Shown: positions 8,695-18,581 of the stretch, one piece after another
How the letters are laid out: each line of letters begins with the position of its first letter
How positions within the stretch are numbered: the first letter of the stretch is position 1
Origin: a bacterium
GTDB lineage: Bacteria > Bdellovibrionota_C > UBA2361 > CALJRW01
Reading direction: 5' to 3'
Assembly (NCBI GenBank): GCA_031385045.1
Contig: JANNBC010000035.1
Coordinates: 1-29,818, forward strand
DNA length: 29,818 nt
Program-made: the position numbers and the translations under genes
The notes under the pieces: model-generated
What the model saw: only the letters and a program-made list of their open reading frames with translations
The model's database searches: none
Told to the model about the DNA's origin: nothing

Positions 8695-9585
8695 ATGAGC
8701 CAATTCCCATTCAATATCCCAAATTATCAAAATAATCGAAAATTATTCTGCTTAGAAGTTAATCCTCCACGTGGGATATCTTCGGAGGAGGTCTTTAGTC
8801 GCCTTGATAAATACCTAGGAAAAATAGATTTTTTAAATGTTACAGATTCAGCTCTCGCCCGGATGCGGATGAATCCAATTGTATTCGCTTCGAAACTAAA
8901 GGAACGTTATGGAATTGAGGCCATGGTGAATCTTTCTTGCCGAGATCGCAACCTAATTGCGATGCAAGGGGAGCTTTTAGCCGCTGGTAGCTTGGGAGTG
9001 AATCATATCATTGCTTTAACTGGTGATGCTATTAGTGTTGGTGACAACAAGGACTGCAAGGGAGTTTTTGAAGTAAATTCGGTGGGTCTTTTAGATACAA
9101 TTAAAACCTTGAATGCCGGCAAGGACTTAGCAGGTAATGAGCTAGATGGTGCACCAACAATTATTCCTGGTTGTGTTGTAAACCCAAATGTTAGAAATCC
9201 AGGACCAGAACTTCGCAAGTTGGAAAAGAAAAAGTTAGCCGGAGCTCAGTATGCCCTTAGTCAGCCAGTTTTTGATGTTGATCAGGCAGTGGGATTTTTC
9301 AAGGCGGCTAGTGAAGTTGGTGTGCCACTTTTTTTGGGGCTCTTGCCTTTTCGTAAGGGGCGCAATGCTTTAGCTTTTCAAAATGTCCCTGGAATTAAAA
9401 TTTCTCCAGATTTAATTGCCATGGCGGAGGCCAATCCCGAAGCAGATCTGGGAGAGTTTTCTTTTCAATTATGTCGAGAGATCGCGATTGCCTGCAAGGA
9501 CTATGTTGTTGGATATCATTTGATCTGTGGGCCAACTCCTGTGGCCGCGATGAAGTTGTTAAAGAAGTTGCAAGAGTGCTTGTAG
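8695..9585 (+). CDS. metF: Methylenetetrahydrofolate reductase-like (MetF / YitJ C-terminal type)
   Basis: EVNPP, NVTDS, SCRDRN, ALTGD, KKKLAGAQYALSQPVFD and VPGI motifs. Confidence 0.85.
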   Translation: MSQFPFNIPNYQNNRKLFCLEVNPPRGISSEEVFSRLDKYLGKIDFLNVTDSALARMRMNPIVFASKLKERYGIEAMVNLSCRDRNLIAMQGELLAAGSLGVNHIIALTGDAISVGDNKDCKGVFEVNSVGLLDTIKTLNAGKDLAGNELDGAPTIIPGCVVNPNVRNPGPELRKLEKKKLAGAQYALSQPVFDVDQAVGFFKAASEVGVPLFLGLLPFRKGRNALAFQNVPGIKISPDLIAMAEANPEADLGEFSFQLCREIAIACKDYVVGYHLICGPTPVAAMKLLKKLQECL

Positions 9586-9898
9586 CTTCATCGATAATCT
9601 TAATTGTCATAGTAGTAAAATCAGTTACTTAAAAATATCAAATTTTTATTTGTGGTTTTTGAGTTTGCTGTCAATGTTTTTCTTTAGCTAAGATTTCAAA
9701 AAATAAACCGATCGACTAAAAATAATTCTTGCTTAGGCTTGATATTCAATATAATACTTTAAATAAGATTAAATTTTAGTAAAAGAAACTTTGCTTAATT
9801 TGTCTTCCGGATTTAACCAAAAAACATTTCTGAATTACTTAGTATTCCGTAAGTAAATATTCTTTGAAGGTGTTTTGTTGTAAAGAGGAAGTAGTCGT

Positions 9899-12052
9899 AT
9901 GGGAGGTGTTAATACTCAAGGCGGTAGAGCTAAGAGAGATAGTAAGAGTAACTTGCCAAGACAGGTTCAGTATCCCATGGCTCGGATTACTTTCCCTAAT
10001 CCTCGTGAAATTCAAGGTCGGTTCCCAGCTCGTGATATTCCTAAGCCCAAAGTAGATCCCTTAACAACAAATGGTGAATTGCCAATCATCGCTCATAAAG
10101 CCAGGATTCAACGAGCTGTTCGCAATAATAATGTGACAGTTATTCAGGCAGAAACTGGATCGGGCAAAAGTACTGAAGTTCCTATGTTTCTAGCAGAGCT
10201 AGGTTATAAGGTTGTCGTCACACAGCCTCGAAGAATGGCAGCAGTTAACTTAGCATCCTATGTTTCTTCAAAGAATGGCACAGAGCTTGGGCAAGAGGTT
10301 GGCTATCAACATGGTTATGGAAAATGTTGTCATACGCTTAGTCAGGTTACTTATCTAACAGATGGATTACTTTTAGCACAAAAGTTAGGTGGTCATCGGG
10401 ATTCCAATAAGGGAACTGTCTATGTGATCGATGAAGCCCATGAAAAGAACATGTACATGGAAACATTACTAGCCATGTTTCTTCAAGAGCTAGAAAATCC
10501 GCATGCTCCAAAACCAAAGTTAGTGATTATGTCCGCCACGCTAAATACGGAAAAAATGCAAAAAGTATTTGGCATCGGAACGCCAGTTGTGAAGATTCCT
10601 GGACGTACCTTTCCAGTTAACGAAAGACCAAGAGGAAAATCAATCCTTGCTGATGCTGTTGATGCTGTGAGGCGTGGCAAGAATTCTCTTGTTTTTCTTC
10701 CAGGTAAATATGAAATTAACGAGATGGAAAAGGCAATTAATGATGAGCTGAAAAAACAGGGCTTGTCTGCTGCGGTGATGCCATTACATTCTAAACTGTC
10801 CTCAGCTGAGCAACAAAAAACAATGGATTCTTATGCTGTTCCAAAGATTGTTTTAGCTACTAATGTTGCAGAGGCCAGTATTACAATACCTGATATAGAT
10901 TTAGTAATTATGTCTGGTCAGGTTAAGAGAATAGTTGTTGAGAATGGTGTTCAGTGCTTAAAGTTAATGGCAATTTCTAAATTTAATTTTACTCAGGAAA
11001 AGGGTCGCGCGGGAAGGACTCATCCTGGAGAATTTATTTATCATGGAACAACGCCACATCGCTATTTAGCACCAGAGCCACCAGCAGATATTCAAAACTC
11101 TAAGCTGGAAAGTCTATTCTTAAGATTGTTAAGTAGTGATATTTTTCCTAATCGTGAAGCTCTAGAACGTTTGCCATTTCCAAGCAAAATCTCTAAGAAA
11201 AAGTTTGATGAAACTTTTAAAGTTCTGCAGGATTTAAATTTGTGTGGCCCTAAAGGACATATCACGACAGAAGGTCGAGCCGTAGCTTGCTTACCAGTAG
11301 ATGTTCATATCGGTAAGATGTTAATTACTGCACAGCAAAAATCTGTTGCCTATGATGATTTTGAGATCCTTCGTCTTGCTATTGATGTTGCTGTTGTGCA
11401 AGAAAATGGTGGTGTCGTAAAAAGTGGTAGTAACTCCTGGAAAATCTTGTGTGATGATGAGAAGGATTCTGATGCTATTGCTCAAGCGCTAGTTTTTCAG
11501 GCAGCAGTGGGCATGTCTCCAGAAGTACAAGCTGAAAGTGGTATCGATCCAGTGGGGATGAAGCGTTGTGCCGAGCTTAAAGAAATTTTAATTCGCAGAT
11601 TCCAGTTAGATCTAGAAAAATACCCAATTCGTCATATGGACGAAACGATTCATCAAGCAGTCCTTGAGTCTATTTGGGCTAGTTCGGATTCGCTTTTCAG
11701 TGCCAGAAGAACTGACAAAGGTACTAGGTATGTTGCTGCAGCCAGTCAAGATTCTTATCAGCGTTCTTTAGATCGCAGCTCAATTTTGCCTAAGGGTACT
11801 CGTTTAGTAAGTGGAGTTCCTTTTGATGTTATCTCATATAAAGATCCTGAAAATCCAAAAATAGTTCCGCTAATCCACTTCGGGGTGAAAATCAGTGCGA
11901 AATGGTACCAAACTCATGGACCACAAACTGTACGACAGAAACTGGGTGGTTTGTTGCGTGGAGAAGCTAATCATAAGAAAAGTACTCCAGCCCCAAAGGA
12001 TCGAAAATTTCGGAATGAGCCTCGAGGGAAAAGTCACCACCGAGAATATTGA
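9899..12052 (+). CDS. DEAH/RHA-family ATP-dependent helicase (HrpA/HrpB-like, divergent)
   Basis: AETGSGKST, TQPRRMAA, TDGLLL, DEAHE, MSAT, FLPG, ATNVAEASITIPDI, GRAGR and an HA2-like segment. Confidence 0.9.
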   Translation: MGGVNTQGGRAKRDSKSNLPRQVQYPMARITFPNPREIQGRFPARDIPKPKVDPLTTNGELPIIAHKARIQRAVRNNNVTVIQAETGSGKSTEVPMFLAELGYKVVVTQPRRMAAVNLASYVSSKNGTELGQEVGYQHGYGKCCHTLSQVTYLTDGLLLAQKLGGHRDSNKGTVYVIDEAHEKNMYMETLLAMFLQELENPHAPKPKLVIMSATLNTEKMQKVFGIGTPVVKIPGRTFPVNERPRGKSILADAVDAVRRGKNSLVFLPGKYEINEMEKAINDELKKQGLSAAVMPLHSKLSSAEQQKTMDSYAVPKIVLATNVAEASITIPDIDLVIMSGQVKRIVVENGVQCLKLMAISKFNFTQEKGRAGRTHPGEFIYHGTTPHRYLAPEPPADIQNSKLESLFLRLLSSDIFPNREALERLPFPSKISKKKFDETFKVLQDLNLCGPKGHITTEGRAVACLPVDVHIGKMLITAQQKSVAYDDFEILRLAIDVAVVQENGGVVKSGSNSWKILCDDEKDSDAIAQALVFQAAVGMSPEVQAESGIDPVGMKRCAELKEILIRRFQLDLEKYPIRHMDETIHQAVLESIWASSDSLFSARRTDKGTRYVAAASQDSYQRSLDRSSILPKGTRLVSGVPFDVISYKDPENPKIVPLIHFGVKISAKWYQTHGPQTVRQKLGGLLRGEANHKKSTPAPKDRKFRNEPRGKSHHREY

Positions 12053-12120
12053 TAATCCTACTAGTTTCAGTTTGAGGACCTTGTTGTTCCCACTTTAAAA
12101 ATAGGCTATAGATCTGCCCT

Positions 12121-12699
12121 ATGAGACGTCGTGAGGAAATGAATTTTTGGGAAAAGATCTACTTAATTGAGGTTGCTAAAGGTGTTGCTTTCACTTTTAC
12201 AAAGCTTGTTAAAAATTTCTCCTTACATGTCTTGCATACAGTTGGTATCGCCAAAGATATCGCTGCCGATGTTGCCATTCAGTACCCTAATGAGCGCCGA
12301 GAATATCCCGATCGTTATCGTGGGCGTCATCGTTTAACCTTAACAGACGAAGGCAGTGTTAAGTGTACTTCCTGCTTTCTTTGCGCCACAGCTTGTCCTG
12401 CAAAGTGTATTTACATTGAGGCAGCCGAGCACGATGATCCTGAGATTGAAAAATTCCCTAAGCGTTATGAGATTGATACTCTGCTTTGTATCTACTGTGG
12501 ATTTTGTGTTGAAGCCTGTCCAGTAGATGCAATTAGAATGGACACTGGACTTCATCCCGAAGTTCATCATCCCGATCCCCGTCTTTTTATTGAAGACAAA
12601 GAAACTTTGATGAATAGATCTCGTGAACTAGAGGATTTTGGTAAAGAAAAGCTTTATCAGATCCATATGAAGAAGATGCAGAAGGTAGAATCCTCTTAG
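12121..12699 (+). CDS. nuoI: NADH-quinone oxidoreductase subunit I (2x[4Fe-4S])
   Basis: QYPNE...RYRGRHRL, CTSCFLCATACP and CIYCGFCVEACPVDAI; the real start may be the second Met. Confidence 0.92.
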   Translation: MRRREEMNFWEKIYLIEVAKGVAFTFTKLVKNFSLHVLHTVGIAKDIAADVAIQYPNERREYPDRYRGRHRLTLTDEGSVKCTSCFLCATACPAKCIYIEAAEHDDPEIEKFPKRYEIDTLLCIYCGFCVEACPVDAIRMDTGLHPEVHHPDPRLFIEDKETLMNRSRELEDFGKEKLYQIHMKKMQKVESS

Positions 12700-12983
12700 A
12701 CACTCAGCAGTCAAGTACCCCACTTCTACTAGCTTTGCCCAAAGCATATTTCTACCTGATATTTTTAAGTTAATTCTAGCAAGCTTGACCTTTCTGTTCT
12801 TCTTAAACAAGGCAGGGCAGATGGCTGTTTTTAAATATTTAATGTTCAGATTAATTTATAATCTATAGATATTAGTCTTAATTATTTATATAATACCTAT
12901 TGAGTTGATTCTTTGGCCAATTCGAGATTATTGATGCAATTTTATGATCTTTCAAAATTATCTTAATTTATTTAAAAAAATCT

Positions 12984-13580
12984 ATGGTATTTGGTAAGAG
13001 AACATTTAAACGACAAGATCAACTAGGTCTAAGTGATATTATTCAAGATTCTGTTCGTTCCAGAAGTACTGCTAATTTAAAAAAGTTTGCGCAAGAATAT
13101 AAGTTTAGACGCAAAATGGAGAAATATGCCAAAATTTTTGGTGGAGCACTCTCGGGGGTTATTTTATTATTCTCAGTGATTTCTTATGTCTATCAGCCCG
13201 TTGTGGATCCTAACGCAAATCAAGTAATTGATGCGATTGATCGCAATATTTTCTTAAGGATAAATCGTATTGATAATTGGAATACAGGGGGATTTAATAG
13301 GCTTCAAGCTATTAATGATGACAATTATCAAGTAGTCTTGCCCTTAAATCCTGGAGAATATGAACTTAAGATTGCCGATCAAGGCTGGACTTTCCCTTAT
13401 ATTTTTGGATTTAACCAACCAGGCTTGAATCTTAATTTAAATGAAGATGTGAATCTATCAAATAATGAAGGCAACCAAAATATAAAGCTAAGTATTACGA
13501 CTGTTGGTGCATATCAGTTTACGTTTACAGCTAATTTACCGGACATCTTTTTGCTAAATTGTAAAAAACTCGATATTTAG
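12984..13580 (+). CDS. Single-TM membrane protein with a C-terminal SusF/X25-like beta-sandwich (putative carbohydrate-binding) domain
   Basis: One hydrophobic helix at about aa 50-70, then IFLR..DNW...LPLNPGEYELKIADQGW...GAYQFTF. Confidence 0.55.
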   Translation: MVFGKRTFKRQDQLGLSDIIQDSVRSRSTANLKKFAQEYKFRRKMEKYAKIFGGALSGVILLFSVISYVYQPVVDPNANQVIDAIDRNIFLRINRIDNWNTGGFNRLQAINDDNYQVVLPLNPGEYELKIADQGWTFPYIFGFNQPGLNLNLNEDVNLSNNEGNQNIKLSITTVGAYQFTFTANLPDIFLLNCKKLDI

Positions 13581-13651
13581 CTAGTGTTTTAATTAAGATA
13601 GTCTATAATCTTTTTCGACTTGCAATCTTAGCTCATTCATCGGTAATTCAT

Positions 13652-13810
13652 ATGAAAAAAATAAAAGAAAATAAAAAGGGAGCAACCTTCATTGAGTATG
13701 GCCTTGTGGTCGCACTAATTGCACTTGTTGCGATTATCGGCGTCACGGCACTGGGTAAAACCACTTCTAGTAAATTTCAAAAGACTTCTGATACAATAAA
13801 ATATCGGTAG
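13652..13810 (+). CDS. flp: Flp family type IVb pilin (52 aa; missing from ORF track)
   Basis: MKKIKENKKG/ATFIEYGLVVALIALVAIIGVTALG...KF: prepilin cleavage Gly, E5-Y6 Flp motif, hydrophobic helix. Confidence 0.93.
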   Translation: MKKIKENKKGATFIEYGLVVALIALVAIIGVTALGKTTSSKFQKTSDTIKYR

Positions 13811-16087
13811 CTATTCTCCCTTAACTCTTAAGGTGAAAAATGGAGTCTCGACGAATGAGTGATCGCTATTTAGTAAACTAAATGTATCTTCTGATTTAAT
13901 TAATCTGCTATTAAGTATAACATTAGGGTCTATTTTTTGAGCAATTTTTGTTATTTGACGAATTCTCTTTTCGGGTCTGTTTGCTTTAATCCACTTAACT
14001 TTGAAGTTTGGATCAGTAAAACATTTTTTCCCTAGGAAGATAATATTTGAACTTAATTGTGTTTTTAAATTCTTGCTTGTCATCAATTTGATTGTTTTTA
14101 ATCTTTCGTAACTCTCACGACAAGTATTCTTACTTCCCGCTGAAAAAATTAATCCCGAAAATTCCTTCAACAAACTAGGATCGTTTTTTATTAAATTGAA
14201 ATAATCATAGACGAGATTAAAGTTAATCTTTGCATCGTAGGCGAACCAGTCCCTAAAAAACATTTTAAAAGTTAGTTCTTTGGAATCAAAAAATAAATAT
14301 TGAGGTAATTTTACATCAGAGTTTATTAAAGTTTCGGGAAGTGTAAATATTCTATAATTAGCAATTCTTTTATTTAAGACTAGCAATTTAGTTTTCACAA
14401 ACAATTTATTTATTTTCTTGAAGCTCTCTCGATCTGTTGTAATTAAGACCTTCACGCCCAATATCTTTAGCTTCTCAATCATTAATTTGGGTTTTTTTTG
14501 AGGATTATTATAATAGTTAAAAAGGTATAATTCTTTACTTCCCCAGACCATTTGATTCGTTTGTAATCCTAAAGTTGGATTGATTAGTGATGAATAATAA
14601 GAAGATTCAGCTAAAAGTCCATTTTTGATTGGAATCTTATATTTGAGTGGTAATAGATATGAAGCGGCGTGTAGTGAGCCTATTTCTAAGCGAAAAAAAT
14701 AACTTTGCTCAATTGCAACACCTGAAGTGAGATTATGCTCAACTAAATATTGGGCAACCCGATCTAGGTCTTGATATCCTTTATAATCATTCAGTAATAA
14801 ATTAGATTTTTGATATTTAGGATCGCTAATATATAGCATTTGAAAAGAGACAGTGAGTAATAAAATGACTGCAAGTAATATCCCACCAAGTATTTTTTTG
14901 GTATAACCTTGAAAGTGATCAGACTCCTTAATTCCATAGGCGATAATAAAGATAAACATGAAACTAAGTAGCCCTGTAAAGCGATAGTAGTGAATTGAAA
15001 GGGTACTTAATCTTATTAAATAATTTCGAGGCAAGAATATAAATAAAATAATAATTGTTACTAGAAACCCTGTTAGTCGTTTTTGGTTTTTAATAATTAT
15101 AATAGACCCCTTAATTCCAAAATATAAGGCAATTAACGCGTAGTATGGGAATTGACTAATGATTAGTGGTAAATCAATTTTATAATTGAAAAAGTTGAAA
15201 CTATTGCTAAAATTTGCGTTCAACATCTGTGTAAAATGTTCGATATTGAGATTTGGAAAGATGACTAACAATGGATCTAAAAAGGAGCCGTGAAGACCAA
15301 TAGCCTCTGAGCTAGAAAATTCAAGATTATTAATAAAGATCCAGTAATATGGGGAAGTAACTATTAAGGCACCTACAATGATCAACAACCATTTCTTAAG
15401 GGCTCTTTCATTTGCCTGAATTGTCAAATAGATTGATATAAATATTAAAGTAAAGACTGCTGTCAGGATATGGTTAAGTAGAATTAAGCTCAGTAGTAAG
15501 ATTGAAAGATAACAAGAGCTAGTTATTTTTAATTCAAGTTTTCGAATTTGGGCAAATAATAATAAGAATAGAATTAGTCCTGTACTATTTGATAGAAACC
15601 CAGCATAAAATACACCCGCTAGTCCTACAAAATGTGTCGAATAGATAATATTAGTATGTAAGATTAGAGTTAGTACTAACATTACATATTTCCTAGATTT
15701 AACTCCTAGAAGATATTTTGTAGTCCAATAAGAAGTTATTACTAGAAATTGAGCTTGAAGATAAATAAATAAATTAAAACTAAACGTTAGATCGTCTGAG
15801 AAAGTTATCAGGTGTAATAGATTAATTAAGATATATGTAAGTGGTGGATATAGAACAAATAGTGCAGTTCCTGAGAACCAGTTAGGATCGTAGCCAAACC
15901 AAGTTCCTGATGCTAGGAATTCTTGCATTTTATAGCTCAAGTAAAGATGTCCTGGAGTATCCCACCCAGCGATTGGCAGACTTGAAACTATATTGAAAAG
16001 GCTCAAATGGACACAGCAAACAGCTAGAATTAGAGATATAATATTATAATTAATTCTAGTTAAGCCAATCAAACGCTTGAAATTCAT
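13811..16087 (-). CDS. Polytopic membrane protein, GT-C-like (so-called PTPS-related family)
   Basis: GWDTPGH, YDPNWFSG..LFVLYPPL, NHILT, YRF; many TM helices plus a soluble C-terminal domain. Confidence 0.7.
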   Translation of the reverse strand: MNFKRLIGLTRINYNIISLILAVCCVHLSLFNIVSSLPIAGWDTPGHLYLSYKMQEFLASGTWFGYDPNWFSGTALFVLYPPLTYILINLLHLITFSDDLTFSFNLFIYLQAQFLVITSYWTTKYLLGVKSRKYVMLVLTLILHTNIIYSTHFVGLAGVFYAGFLSNSTGLILFLLLFAQIRKLELKITSSCYLSILLLSLILLNHILTAVFTLIFISIYLTIQANERALKKWLLIIVGALIVTSPYYWIFINNLEFSSSEAIGLHGSFLDPLLVIFPNLNIEHFTQMLNANFSNSFNFFNYKIDLPLIISQFPYYALIALYFGIKGSIIIIKNQKRLTGFLVTIIILFIFLPRNYLIRLSTLSIHYYRFTGLLSFMFIFIIAYGIKESDHFQGYTKKILGGILLAVILLLTVSFQMLYISDPKYQKSNLLLNDYKGYQDLDRVAQYLVEHNLTSGVAIEQSYFFRLEIGSLHAASYLLPLKYKIPIKNGLLAESSYYSSLINPTLGLQTNQMVWGSKELYLFNYYNNPQKKPKLMIEKLKILGVKVLITTDRESFKKINKLFVKTKLLVLNKRIANYRIFTLPETLINSDVKLPQYLFFDSKELTFKMFFRDWFAYDAKINFNLVYDYFNLIKNDPSLLKEFSGLIFSAGSKNTCRESYERLKTIKLMTSKNLKTQLSSNIIFLGKKCFTDPNFKVKWIKANRPEKRIRQITKIAQKIDPNVILNSRLIKSEDTFSLLNSDHSFVETPFFTLRVKGE

Positions 16088-16320
16088 TTAGTTAAATAAA
16101 TTATAATTGTATCTAAATTGTAGTAGTCACGATCTGTTCTGACAATTGAAGAAAAATCGAGTACGGGTCGAGGTTATTAATCTCTAAATAAGCAGTCAAC
16201 TTCTACACGAAAAAAACAATAACGACTAGCGATTTCTGTTAGAAATAAGTAACAGGTCCTTAGACTTTGAGTAGTTTAAAGTGATGAACTTTTACAACTA
16301 TACACGTCATCACCGAGCAT

Positions 16321-16534
16321 ATATACTAAAACCCATTGGGTTTTTCCTAACAGCTTGGAAAAAATCTAATAGATTTTTCAGTGTTGGGTTTTAGTATATT
16401 TGTCTTCCCCAGTACTCAGCCTTATAAAATAAGGCTGAGTACCTTAGCGACCCCCAAGGGTCGCTTCAAGTGCTTCGCACTTGATATACTAAGCGCCTTT
16501 GCCTTTTTGGTAATTTTCAATGTCGCTTAGTATA
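16321..16534. repeat. Multi-hairpin dispersed repeat, copy 2 (apparently intact)
   Basis: 15-bp perfect stem 16321-16335/16385-16399, then hairpins at 16412-16442, ~16446-16465, ~16466-16484 and 16485-16534; homologous to 5778-5976. Confidence 0.9.
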
Positions 16535-16634
16535 CCGGAAAGACTCCTTTTGAAATTCTTCAAACTAAGCTATCTTCAGTATCTCCTCCCCAAAAGGATC
16601 CAAGTAGTAGTTAGGATCGACACATTTTAGTCAA

Positions 16635-18437
16635 ATGAGCACCTCAGTTTTTTTAATTTTATTAATTCAATTATTCTCTTGGATTCTCTTGGTTTCTTAT
16701 CCTGAAGACTGGCAAGCTTTTCATTTGAGATTATTATTACTATTTTCGTTAGGCTACTTAATTTTTATTTACCGGAAGCTTCTTCCCGCCTCTGTCATTG
16801 TTCCATTAGTAGCAATTCATCTTGTAGAATTCATATGTTTTACTCAAATAATTATATTTGACTTTGAGTTACAAGCATTTGTTATTTATTACACCTTACT
16901 ACTATTTATTTTTTGTTTAAGTTTTAAAGATAGATCAAATGAAATAAGTATTATTAAGATTGAAAAATCTGATCAGTTATTATTAGCAATTAGCATTCTT
17001 TCGATTATTATTACTCCACTAGCATATTCATCTTTTACCTATTTTAAATTAACGGATACAATTACAGCCACTTGGACTGCTGTTGAAAATTTAATAAATT
17101 TTAATAATCCCTACAGCAATCCTGAATTAGAAGAAGGTTGGCATAATACAGCTATTCATCAGCAGAATTATATGTATCCTCCTGGAATGCTGGCACTTTA
17201 TTTGCCACTACACGGCCCTTTTATTCTCCTTGGGGAGAAGTTTAAGTTACTCGGAATTTACTTTTCGAATATATTTCTAACCTTAATATCTATTAGATTA
17301 TTTTACTTAATCCTGAGAAATTGGTTATTAAACAATAAGTTGATTCTAGTGAGTACCTTGTTATTTGCTTCTTCTCCCTTATTGTTATTTGAAGGTGTAT
17401 GTAGAGCAACCAATGATCTTGCTCCAATATGTCTAACCTTAGCTGGGATTTATTTTCTTTCTAAGGAAAGAAAGTTAATCGCATATCTATTTCTATTCTG
17501 GGCAACTTATACAAAGTGGTATCCAGGAATATTTGTTGTCTATCTTGCATTTAAAGATTTTCATCAAAAAAATTATCAGACTCTTATCAAGGGAATGTTA
17601 ATTGGTGTTGGCCTTACTTTGGTGCTTTTTCTTCCATTTTTCTATGATGATGCGGATGCTTTAATTTCTGATCTGAGCTGGCAAGCGAAACGTCCAATTC
17701 AAGATTGGGAGTTAGGGCTAAATCCAGAAATTTGGATTTTCATTTTAAGTGCCATTCTTTGTTGGAAAGTATTTTTTAGAACAATCTATGAGCAATCTCA
17801 TAATTTGCTAGTACCAATTATTACGATTTTTTTATTTGTTTTATTAAATAGAGTTTATCATACAAACTATTTACTTTGGCTTTTGCCCTTAATCTTTCTC
17901 CTGCCTGACTATCTGCGATTAAATAGTCCTTTGCTGTTAAACGGAGTCAGCTACGTTCGTATTGGGTTGCTAATTTTTGGAGTAATTGGCTTAGGTTTGT
18001 TTAATTACTTTATAGTTTATTTTCCAACTCCAAGAGTAATTAGCAGTGAAACTTTCAATGATCAGATAGTAATTGAATACTATAATCCCTGGGCTAAATC
18101 TGTATATCTTAGGTGGTGGTCAGATAATATGCTGCAACCGATTGAGTTTCCTGGAGACGCACCGATTTTTAATGCTAAGACGGATTTTGCTGTGCGAAGT
18201 CTAATGACACCACTTCAGGGTAGTAGGTTCCGCATTCAATTGCCAATTTCAAGTGATCGTCATATTATTAACTATGAATTTTGGTATAGTTTTACTAAGG
18301 AGGTGGATCGCCAGAAATTATTAAGAAGTCCTACTAAATTAGTACCTAAGGAATTTCCTCAGCAGATTTTTAATCTTTCGGATGATTTTATTTTTGATAA
18401 TAATTCCCATCTTTATTGGCGACATGTAGTTGATTAA
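16635..18437 (+). CDS. GT87-like (GT-C fold) membrane glycosyltransferase with a C-terminal beta-sandwich domain
   Basis: NPY..YMYPPG, SPL, ATND, TKWYP, LPF and YLLWLLPL pattern typical of GT87/DUF2029-type proteins. Confidence 0.7.
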   Translation: MSTSVFLILLIQLFSWILLVSYPEDWQAFHLRLLLLFSLGYLIFIYRKLLPASVIVPLVAIHLVEFICFTQIIIFDFELQAFVIYYTLLLFIFCLSFKDRSNEISIIKIEKSDQLLLAISILSIIITPLAYSSFTYFKLTDTITATWTAVENLINFNNPYSNPELEEGWHNTAIHQQNYMYPPGMLALYLPLHGPFILLGEKFKLLGIYFSNIFLTLISIRLFYLILRNWLLNNKLILVSTLLFASSPLLLFEGVCRATNDLAPICLTLAGIYFLSKERKLIAYLFLFWATYTKWYPGIFVVYLAFKDFHQKNYQTLIKGMLIGVGLTLVLFLPFFYDDADALISDLSWQAKRPIQDWELGLNPEIWIFILSAILCWKVFFRTIYEQSHNLLVPIITIFLFVLLNRVYHTNYLLWLLPLIFLLPDYLRLNSPLLLNGVSYVRIGLLIFGVIGLGLFNYFIVYFPTPRVISSETFNDQIVIEYYNPWAKSVYLRWWSDNMLQPIEFPGDAPIFNAKTDFAVRSLMTPLQGSRFRIQLPISSDRHIINYEFWYSFTKEVDRQKLLRSPTKLVPKEFPQQIFNLSDDFIFDNNSHLYWRHVVD

Positions 18438-18581
18438 AACTAGCGCTAAACTTTTCTAAAACTTGTAAAATTTATACTTTACTCAAGAAAAACCTTTTTA
18501 ATGCGTTTTGTTGCCTCCCTAGCAATAAATTGTAAAAGCCAATAGAATAAGGACTGTTTTTAGTATTGAGGCTATGATATC

